Both the position numbers and the translations under genes were made by a program. Below the pieces are notes generated by a model. It had not been told where the DNA came from. It saw only the letters and a program-made list of their open reading frames with translations, and ran no database searches. Of a stretch of 64,000 nucleotides of DNA, positions 29,988 to 37,883 are shown one piece after another (positions within the stretch are counted from its first letter, which is position 1; each line of letters opens with the position of its first letter). This DNA is from an uncultured virus (IMG/VR IMGVR_UViG_3300008954_000037) (taxonomy: Duplodnaviria; Heunggongvirae; Uroviricota; Caudoviricetes), in IMG/VR virus record IMGVR_UViG_3300008954_000037; one strand, 5' to 3'.

Positions 29988-31892
29988 ATGACACGACGAC
30001 GCAACCCCCCGGCAGCATGGACGATGCACAATCCTTCCGGGCGCAGGGCGCCCGCCTCGCGTCGTCGAGGCAAGCGCCGCAACGCCGAGGAGATGGGCAG
30101 CACGGAGAACGTGGGCTGGTCGACCCTCAAGGAGTACGGCGACACATGGAAGGAGGCGTACTGGCGTGAGTTGGTTCAGAACAGCGTGGACGCCGGGGCG
30201 ACTCAGATCGACCTGTACGTCGAGGAGATCGGAGACGGCAACTTCATCGCCGGCTGCAAGGACAACGGCCACGGCATGACCGAGGAGGTCTTCCGGGGTA
30301 AGTTTCTCAAGCACGGTGGCACGACCAAGGTGTCGGGCTCTGGCGCCGCAGGAGGCTTCGGCGCCGCCAAGCGGCTGCTCCTGGCGCCGTGGGTGCAGTG
30401 GCAGATGCGCTCGGGCGACGTGGTGGCGGTGGGCCAGATGAGCCGGCACGAGGTCTGGGTCAGGGGCGAGCGCGTCACCCAAGGCCCCCAGGAGTTCAAC
30501 TTCCCGCCGCAGTGGCGGGGCAAGCCGTCCGTCAAGGGCGTCATCTTTGAAGCCGTCATGTCGCCTGAGCGGCACACGGACGCGGTCGCCGCACGGACGT
30601 GGCTGTCCAAGTGCTACCTGCCCCGCATCACGGTGAAGGTGGACGGCGTCAAGGCGCATGCACGGCTGAACCCACGCTCTGAGATGGGCACGGCCTTCTC
30701 GGTGCCCGTGATCGGCTACTCCATCAAGAACAAGTCGCCCTTTGACGACTCCTATGTGCTGGTCCGCACGGTCAGCGGGCCCAAGAAGGATAAGAAGCTG
30801 GCGATGTTCACCCAGAGGATCAGCAACAAGGTCGGGCGCGTCGTCGTGCTGGAGTTGCAGAGCCATAGCGTCAAATACCTCAAGGCCAGCCGCAACGACG
30901 CCGATGGGTGGTTTCGATACGAGATGTTGGAGTTGATCCAGAAGCTCAACATCAACCCCCGCAGCGCCATCAAGGGGCCCGAAAAGTACCAGAAGATCTT
31001 TTGGGGACCGGACGGCAACTACCGGGCCAGGATCAAAGCCGCAGAACGCGCCGACGCGATCAAGTCTGCTGCGGTTCTGGGGCCCACCGGAGAGGTAGGG
31101 GGCGGCCTCTCCGGTGAGCAGGCCGAGACCATCGAGGACGCGGTCGAGCGGGTGCGTGGAGAGGTGCAGAAGGAGGAGCGCGAAAAGTCGAAGTGGGAGA
31201 AGGAGGAGGACAAGAAGGAAAAGACCTTCCAGCCCGCCACCGAGGCCGCGACGAAGGTGATCGTGCAGGAGGCCGGCATCGACACCCCGGAGCAGCAGGA
31301 GGCGTTGGTGCGCCAGTTGGTCTGGACGCCCAACTTCTTCCTGTACAGCGACATCGACGGCTACAAGGTGCCGCGCAAGTATCGCCCGGTGACCATGGGC
31401 AAAGGGCCCAAGGAGTTGATGGAGGCGTGGGTTGAGATATGCCGCTACGTTCTCGTCCTGCTCGGCTGCCCCTTCCAGTACGGCGTGGGCTACATCTTCA
31501 GCGACAGCACCGCCGCCGCGTACACCTACCAGGGCGACGAGAATGGCCCCAACACGCACTGGCTGCTGCTGAACCCGCACAAGGACTTCAAGGAGATCTT
31601 GACAGGCAAACCACCGCTGTGGAACCTCAAAAAAGAAGAAGACTTGCGCTGGGTCTACGCCTGCGCGGTCCACGAGGCCACACACATGGCCAACGGCATC
31701 TCCGACCACGATGAGGAGTTCACCAGCGCGTTCACGCACAACATCGCCAAGTGCGCTGATGGGTTCACTCGCGTCAAAGAGCTGCTCGGTTACGCGCCGC
31801 CCAAGAAGGCTGACCGCTCAGGCCGGCTGCCGGCGCGGCGGGGACGGCGGGTCACTGTCGATCCCAAGCAGCGTGGCCTGTTCGATTTCTGA
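29988..31892 (+). CDS. GHKL (HSP90-like) ATPase fused to C-terminal HExxH metallopeptidase-like domain
   Basis: RELVQNSVDAG, DNGHGM, GGFG motifs; VHEATH..HDEEF; basic RRNP leader. Confidence 0.8.
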   Translation: MTRRRNPPAAWTMHNPSGRRAPASRRRGKRRNAEEMGSTENVGWSTLKEYGDTWKEAYWRELVQNSVDAGATQIDLYVEEIGDGNFIAGCKDNGHGMTEEVFRGKFLKHGGTTKVSGSGAAGGFGAAKRLLLAPWVQWQMRSGDVVAVGQMSRHEVWVRGERVTQGPQEFNFPPQWRGKPSVKGVIFEAVMSPERHTDAVAARTWLSKCYLPRITVKVDGVKAHARLNPRSEMGTAFSVPVIGYSIKNKSPFDDSYVLVRTVSGPKKDKKLAMFTQRISNKVGRVVVLELQSHSVKYLKASRNDADGWFRYEMLELIQKLNINPRSAIKGPEKYQKIFWGPDGNYRARIKAAERADAIKSAAVLGPTGEVGGGLSGEQAETIEDAVERVRGEVQKEEREKSKWEKEEDKKEKTFQPATEAATKVIVQEAGIDTPEQQEALVRQLVWTPNFFLYSDIDGYKVPRKYRPVTMGKGPKELMEAWVEICRYVLVLLGCPFQYGVGYIFSDSTAAAYTYQGDENGPNTHWLLLNPHKDFKEILTGKPPLWNLKKEEDLRWVYACAVHEATHMANGISDHDEEFTSAFTHNIAKCADGFTRVKELLGYAPPKKADRSGRLPARRGRRVTVDPKQRGLFDF

Positions 31893-31912
31893 GTTTCAAA
31901 ATTGGACGTGAC

Positions 31913-34129
31913 ATGAGCAAGTGGAAATATGAGATCTACGTCCGGGGAGCCCTCTTTGCCAGGGCCACCACGCGCCGGGAGGCCGATCAGGTCGCCCTGG
32001 AGTATGGCGGCACCGTCAAGGTCAAGAGGTCGCCCAAGCGCAACCCTCTGGACGCCTCACCGAAGACGGTCAGGCGCAAGCCGTCGCGCCAGCAGGTCGA
32101 TCCGAAGGTCGCCAGCCAGATGACGCTCGGATTTGGCGGCCCGATGCAGGCCCAGATGGAGACGAAGCAGGCCCAGAAGGAGCGCGCCAGGATGCTGTCT
32201 TGGAAGCGCGCCTCTCGGGCCAAGAAGGGTAAGATCCAATACCAGAGCGTGGCGCCGCCTCGACCCCCCTACCGCTCCAACATCGAGGTGCGGGACGCGG
32301 GCAACGAGGTCGAGGTGCTGATGGATCGGGGGCCGGACTGGTCCCGCATGTGGGGCGTCATCGGCCCGGCGGCTGGGGAGTTGGGCAAGCCGACCAAGGC
32401 GCGCAACAGTTGGCTCGTGCTGAAGCGTGACTGGCCTACGGTGGGCAAAGACCTGCTGGACATCCCCGGCCTGGACCCAACCAACGTAGAGGCGCTGAAC
32501 AAAGCCCTGGAGAGGGAAAATCGCGCCGCGCACAAGCTGGCCAGGGCGGCCCGGTACACCCCGCTGGAGATGTCTTCCGACATCAAGCTGCTGCCGTGGG
32601 ACGAGAATGGGGATCCCATCCCTGGCGGCTATCAAGAGGAGGGCATCAGGTTTTTGATGGCTCGGGCCACCGCGTTGCTGGGCGACGACATGGGCCTGGG
32701 CAAGACCCTTCAGGCCATCGTGGCGGCTGACAACGCGCCGGGGATCAAGCGTGAGCAGATTCTGGTCCTGTGCCCGCCCTCCGTCGCCCAAAACTGGGCC
32801 ACCGAGATCGTCAAGTTTGTCGGTAAGACCGTCTACGTCATCCGCAACACCACCGACGTGCCGCCTGTGCGTACCCGGTTCGTGGTCTGCGGTTACGCCG
32901 CCGCGTTCTACGCCACCGGCACGGTCAAGCCTTGGATCTTGAACCACGACTGGGGCCTCACCATTCTGGACGAGGCGCACAGCGCCAAGAAGCCGCGCAC
33001 GCTCATCCACGGGCTCGTCCACAAGTTGGAGACGAAGCGTCTGTGGCTGTTGACCGGCACGCCGATCCCCAACAAGGTCATAGACTTGTACGGCCAGCTT
33101 CGCTTGGGGCGTCACGAGTTGGGTCAGAGCCGCGAGCAATTCATGAAGCGGTACGGCAAGCGGATCACGAGCCCGCTGACCGGGGACACCAACTTCGACG
33201 AGTTGGCTGACCGTATGAGCGGCTGGATGCTGCGCCGGACCAAGGCCGAGGAGTTGGAGGATTTTCTGCCGGAGAAGATCGTGAGCGTGGTGCCGGTCGA
33301 GGTGCCCACGACGCTCAAAAAGGGTCGCGAGGGTTTGAAGCTCGGTGTTGTTGAGCAGTTGCGCGGCAAGCTGGCCAAGGCCAAGGCCAAGGGGACGTGG
33401 GACTTCGCGCTCAAGGTTCTCAAGGCTGGCAAAGGCAAGAATTGGAAGGGCCCCCAAGGTCGCAAGATCGTCCTGTTCAGCGGCTACAACGCCCCCCTGG
33501 ACTACTTCAAGGCCAAGGCCAAGAAGGCGGGGCTGAACGCGGTTGAGATCCGAGGCGATGTCACCGACCCGGACCAGCGGGAGATCGCCAAGCGTATGTT
33601 CCAGGGCGAGAGCCTGCTGCTGGACACAGTTGATGCGGACGGCAACATCGTGCCCGACAACCGGCTGCTCAAGAAGGCCAAACGCAAGTACGGGGCCTCG
33701 GCGTTCACGCCAGACGGGAGGACCAAGATCAACGTCCAGATCTTCCTGGGCAACCTCGTCAGCGCGGGTGAGGGCATCACCCTGACGGCGGCGCAAGATC
33801 TCATTTTCAATGATCTCGACTACATGCCTTCAAGGCACCTCCAGGCCGAAGACCGCGTGTACAGGGTGGGGGCCGACAAGGACAAGGATGTCAACATCTA
33901 CTACATGCTCAGTGAGTCCGTGCTGGACACCGATCTGTGGGAGATGATCAAGGACAAGATCCAAGACACCGTCGACATCTACGAGGGTCTCGGTGACCCC
34001 GAAGCCGCCTCACAGGCCGCCCGCGCAGAGTTTCATCGCCGGCTCACCGGCAAGGCCATCAAGAACCCGGCCCACCGCAACCCCTACGATGGTTGGCGTC
34101 AGCGCGTCATGACCACAAAATTTGAGTAA
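31913..34129 (+). CDS. SNF2-family helicase 1 with degenerate N-terminal tag
   Basis: DDMGLGKT, DEAH, LTGTPIPN, RRTK, GEGITLT, QAEDRVYRVG. Confidence 0.9.
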   Translation: MSKWKYEIYVRGALFARATTRREADQVALEYGGTVKVKRSPKRNPLDASPKTVRRKPSRQQVDPKVASQMTLGFGGPMQAQMETKQAQKERARMLSWKRASRAKKGKIQYQSVAPPRPPYRSNIEVRDAGNEVEVLMDRGPDWSRMWGVIGPAAGELGKPTKARNSWLVLKRDWPTVGKDLLDIPGLDPTNVEALNKALERENRAAHKLARAARYTPLEMSSDIKLLPWDENGDPIPGGYQEEGIRFLMARATALLGDDMGLGKTLQAIVAADNAPGIKREQILVLCPPSVAQNWATEIVKFVGKTVYVIRNTTDVPPVRTRFVVCGYAAAFYATGTVKPWILNHDWGLTILDEAHSAKKPRTLIHGLVHKLETKRLWLLTGTPIPNKVIDLYGQLRLGRHELGQSREQFMKRYGKRITSPLTGDTNFDELADRMSGWMLRRTKAEELEDFLPEKIVSVVPVEVPTTLKKGREGLKLGVVEQLRGKLAKAKAKGTWDFALKVLKAGKGKNWKGPQGRKIVLFSGYNAPLDYFKAKAKKAGLNAVEIRGDVTDPDQREIAKRMFQGESLLLDTVDADGNIVPDNRLLKKAKRKYGASAFTPDGRTKINVQIFLGNLVSAGEGITLTAAQDLIFNDLDYMPSRHLQAEDRVYRVGADKDKDVNIYYMLSESVLDTDLWEMIKDKIQDTVDIYEGLGDPEAASQAARAEFHRRLTGKAIKNPAHRNPYDGWRQRVMTTKFE

Positions 34130-34135
34130 CGAAAA

Positions 34136-34402
34136 ATGACCACACCCGCCGCCACATTCAACGCCTCGCAGCTTATCAACAAGAAGCTCACCTGGGATCA
34201 CATCACGAAGCTGGTGAAGTTTTGGCAGGCGCGGCATGGGCTGACGATCGACGGCAAGGCAGGCAACGAGGAGACCATCCCGCATCTGGAGGCCACGCCT
34301 GTGTCGACCGACGTTGACAAGGTACCAGCCGCGCTGGTGCCGATCGAGGTCGTGGTCGAGGGCGAACCCTTCACGGTGTATGTCGAGGACAAAGGGGGTT
34401 GA
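34136..34402 (+). CDS. Small protein with peptidoglycan-binding-like motif
   Basis: VKFWQARHGLTIDGKAG resembles the PG_binding_1 signature. Confidence 0.5.
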   Translation: MTTPAATFNASQLINKKLTWDHITKLVKFWQARHGLTIDGKAGNEETIPHLEATPVSTDVDKVPAALVPIEVVVEGEPFTVYVEDKGG

Positions 34403-34407
34403 GATGA

Positions 34408-34665
34408 GTGAGAAGCGATGGCGACCCCGACTGGGATACCCCTGTCCGTGCCATCGTCGAGAAGGATGAAGGGTTGTGGCAGGTTGCGGTGTGGCACACA
34501 CCTCGCCTGGGTGCGGAGACTCATTTGGGGGCATACCGGACCCTCAAGCGGGCCAAGGCTGAGGCTGTGAAGTTCTGGCGCAAAGGCACCAAGATGGGCA
34601 GCGCCTTCGTGAAGATGGGCCGAGGCCGCCTCAAGCGCAAGCCCAAGTGGGCCGACGAGGACTGA
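34408..34665 (+). CDS. Small basic beta-alpha protein
   Basis: LGAYRTLKRAKAEA motif resembles modules in the tagged proteins. Confidence 0.55.
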   Translation: MRSDGDPDWDTPVRAIVEKDEGLWQVAVWHTPRLGAETHLGAYRTLKRAKAEAVKFWRKGTKMGSAFVKMGRGRLKRKPKWADED

Positions 34666-34666
34666 T

Positions 34667-37600
34667 ATGAGCGATGTTCGGACAGCGAAGGGTTGGTACA
34701 AGGGCGGTTGGCGCTATCACGCCACGTCGTCTGATGGTCAGATCGCGCTCACCACGACGATGGCCGAAGCGGTCAAGATCGGCGGGGGCAACCGCGTCTG
34801 TCAGATCACCGCCGCCGGCAAGCTCAAGCCCCTGCGGCGGGAGCAGATGAAGAAGGCCAACCCTCGACGCCCCACCGCCGCGCAGACGTTCTACCTCGAC
34901 GGGGAGAAGACGACCTGGGCGCAGTTTGCCAAGGCCAACAAGGACGACCCGGACACGCTGGCAGAGGTGCAGGAGTGGCTCCAGGGCCCGGCCCCGGACC
35001 TGTGGCTCGGTGGTGGCGCCTGGGCCAGCTACTTCCTGACCAAGCGGCGCTCCAACCCCGACGACGCGGCGCCCAAGGCCAAGCCCAAGAAGCGCAAATG
35101 GAAGAAGTCCACCCACACGGCCCGCGTGCTGGAGCCTCGGACGCTGACCCACGCTGAGATCGGAGCCCTCACCCACGCCGCCGCGTGGCTGTACGACGCT
35201 CAGATCGACGCCCAGAAGATCAAGGACGACACAGGCTTCTCCAACGCCGACCTGACCGTGGGCGCCATCGCCCGAGAGCCCGAGTTTTGGACCACCGCCG
35301 ACCCCGAGGTGATGGCTGGCGCAGCCCTGGTCATGCGGAAGTACCGCGATCAGGCCGGACCCGAGGTCTATGACGCAGCGCGGCAGGCCATGGTCAACGC
35401 TGGCGTGGACGAGTTGGACAAGGCGCAGGCGAAAAGGGCGCGCAAGGCCATCAGCCACGTCGCCAAGCGGCGCACCATCACCACATCCAAGACCCGCGCC
35501 AACGAGTTGAAGCGGGTCTACGTCGAGCGGGAGGGCGCCGTCCTCGACATCTTCCGTGACGCGGCGAGCAAGGCGCTGGGCAACATCATCAGGGACGTGT
35601 GGCCTCGTGGCCGCTACATGATGAACCGCAGCAACTGGCACTGGGAGGTGGCCTACACCACCGCCAGCGAGTGGCAGGAGTTTGTGCGACAGGTGCGGGA
35701 CGCCGGGTGGACCATCGTGTTCCCCGACGACACCGAGGCCACCGCACGGGCGACCTACTCCAGCCAGTTGGACTTGGATGGGCTGGCTGAGACCGAGGAC
35801 GAGGCCGCTGCGAAATCTGACTTTGAGATTTTGGGCCTCCGCAACCTCAAGGCGGAACACGCCCTGACCATCATCTGGCCTAACAACAAGCCACAGAGCA
35901 AGGATGTCAACGCGGTCCTCAAGGGCAAGGGCTGGGGCTGGCAGTTTGGTCAGCAGCTTCAGGGGCGCGACGGCAAGTTGCACGACTCCAACAGCGCCAA
36001 CATCCCGTATCGGAGGGTGTTTGAGATCCTCAAGACCTTCGTTCAGAAGGGTTGGCTCGACGTGGAGCGTGGCAACAAGGCCCTGGAGGTCATCGGCAGC
36101 AGCTACCGCCTTGCTGAGGGTGGCGAGCTTGTGGACTTGGAGCCGGACGCGGCGCCTGTGGTCACCGCCACCGTTGAGGTCCGGGGGCGTAGCATTCTGG
36201 TACGCTGGCTCAACGACAGCGACGACAAGTGGGGCTTCCAGGGCGCGTTCAAGGGTAGCGGCTTCAAGTGGGATTGGAAGTCGGACCCGGCCTGGACAGA
36301 GGTGAAGGGCCCGGCCACCAAGTGGGCCAAGTTTGTGGACATCCTCAGCCGGAGCCCGCAGCCCGCGCTGGCGCAGACGCTCAAGGAGGCGTTGGGTCAG
36401 TCCATCGGCCCTGCCGTGGACCCGACCAGGGCCAAGCTGGTCATGCCGGCGCGCGTCAAGCTCTACGACCATCAGGAGCCGGGCATCCGCTTCCTCATGG
36501 GGCGCGACACCGCGCTGTTGGCTGACGACATGGGCCTGGGCAAGACGTTGGAGGCCATCATCGCCGCTGAGACGGTGGTGCCGGCTGGCAAGAAGATTCT
36601 GGTCGTCTGCCCCGCCTCGGTGACCCACAACTGGGCTGAGGAGGTGCTGAAGTGGTCGGACGTGCCCGCCAGCAAGATCAACGTCCTGATCAGCAAACCC
36701 GTCCAGAAGCGCCCCATCGAGTCCAGCACCATCAAGCGCAACGCGCGCTGGGTCATCGTCAGCTACGCCTCGGGGCGCAAGACGATGAAGAAGAAACTCG
36801 ACGCGGTGGACTGGGGCGCGGTCATCTTCGATGAGGCGCACCGCACCAAGAACACCAAGACGCAGAACCACAAGATGGCCGCTGGCCTGCACGCAGGGCG
36901 CAAATGGCTGTTGACCGGCACCGCGATGCAAAATCGACCCGCCGATCTCTGGGGGATCATTCGGGTTTTGGACCATCCGCTCACCCGCATGAGAGAGCGG
37001 CTGTGGATGGATGGGATCACCTCCTACGGCGAGCGGACCCGGCGCGGCGGCGGCAAGCGTGAGTTTAGGGGTTGGGAAGCCTTCATGGTCAAGTACGCCG
37101 ATGGTTGGCAGGGCAAGTGGGGCTGGGAGACCAAGGGCGCCAGCAACACCGCCGACCTGTCGGCCAAGATGTCGGATGCCATGTTGCGTCGGACCAAGGA
37201 CGAGGTCTTGGACCTGCCCGGCAAGAATCGCATCGATCGGCGCGTCATCGTGCCTTCGGGGCTGGCCAACAGGGGTTTCAAGGACATCGGTGAGTTGTCC
37301 AAGCTGCGCGGTCAGTTGGCGGCGGCCAAGGCGTCGGCCACCATCGAGGCGGTCAAGGACGTGCTGGAGGCTGAGGACAAGGTGGTGGTGTTCAGCGGCT
37401 ACATCAAGGTGCTGGACGACCTTCAGAAGGCGTTGACCAAGGCTGAGATCGGCTGGGTTCGCGTGGATGGCAGCGTCACTGGGGCTGCTCGTCAGCGGGC
37501 CGTCAAGGCGTTCCAGACCGATCCCAGCGTCCGGGTGTTCATCGGTCAGATCGTGGCCGCTGGTGAGGGCATCACGTTGACCAAGGCTCGGACGGTCATT

Positions 37601-37879
37601 TTCAACGACTACGCGCTTGTGCCGGCCACCCACAGCCAAGCGGAAGACCGCATTTATCGCATCGGCCAGACGGCGTCACAGCCGGTGTCGATCGTGTACA
37701 TGGAGTCTAATGCGACGTTGGATGAGATCGTGGGCGACATGCTCAAGCATAAGATGTCGATGATCGACAGGTTTGAGGGGGGTCTGGTGCCTCCGGGGGC
37801 CGGTGAGATCACCTTCGCAGATCTCCGCGCCGCCATGGCTTCCGAGTCACAGAGAAACCCAAAGCGATTGTGGAGGTAG
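34667..37879 (+). CDS. SNF2-family helicase 2 (1070 aa) with degenerate tag and NP-delimited N-terminal modules
   Basis: ADDMGLGKT, DEAH, LTGTAMQN, GEGITLT, QAEDRIYRIGQ. Confidence 0.9.
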   Translation: MSDVRTAKGWYKGGWRYHATSSDGQIALTTTMAEAVKIGGGNRVCQITAAGKLKPLRREQMKKANPRRPTAAQTFYLDGEKTTWAQFAKANKDDPDTLAEVQEWLQGPAPDLWLGGGAWASYFLTKRRSNPDDAAPKAKPKKRKWKKSTHTARVLEPRTLTHAEIGALTHAAAWLYDAQIDAQKIKDDTGFSNADLTVGAIAREPEFWTTADPEVMAGAALVMRKYRDQAGPEVYDAARQAMVNAGVDELDKAQAKRARKAISHVAKRRTITTSKTRANELKRVYVEREGAVLDIFRDAASKALGNIIRDVWPRGRYMMNRSNWHWEVAYTTASEWQEFVRQVRDAGWTIVFPDDTEATARATYSSQLDLDGLAETEDEAAAKSDFEILGLRNLKAEHALTIIWPNNKPQSKDVNAVLKGKGWGWQFGQQLQGRDGKLHDSNSANIPYRRVFEILKTFVQKGWLDVERGNKALEVIGSSYRLAEGGELVDLEPDAAPVVTATVEVRGRSILVRWLNDSDDKWGFQGAFKGSGFKWDWKSDPAWTEVKGPATKWAKFVDILSRSPQPALAQTLKEALGQSIGPAVDPTRAKLVMPARVKLYDHQEPGIRFLMGRDTALLADDMGLGKTLEAIIAAETVVPAGKKILVVCPASVTHNWAEEVLKWSDVPASKINVLISKPVQKRPIESSTIKRNARWVIVSYASGRKTMKKKLDAVDWGAVIFDEAHRTKNTKTQNHKMAAGLHAGRKWLLTGTAMQNRPADLWGIIRVLDHPLTRMRERLWMDGITSYGERTRRGGGKREFRGWEAFMVKYADGWQGKWGWETKGASNTADLSAKMSDAMLRRTKDEVLDLPGKNRIDRRVIVPSGLANRGFKDIGELSKLRGQLAAAKASATIEAVKDVLEAEDKVVVFSGYIKVLDDLQKALTKAEIGWVRVDGSVTGAARQRAVKAFQTDPSVRVFIGQIVAAGEGITLTKARTVIFNDYALVPATHSQAEDRIYRIGQTASQPVSIVYMESNATLDEIVGDMLKHKMSMIDRFEGGLVPPGAGEITFADLRAAMASESQRNPKRLWR

Positions 37880-37883
37880 GGTG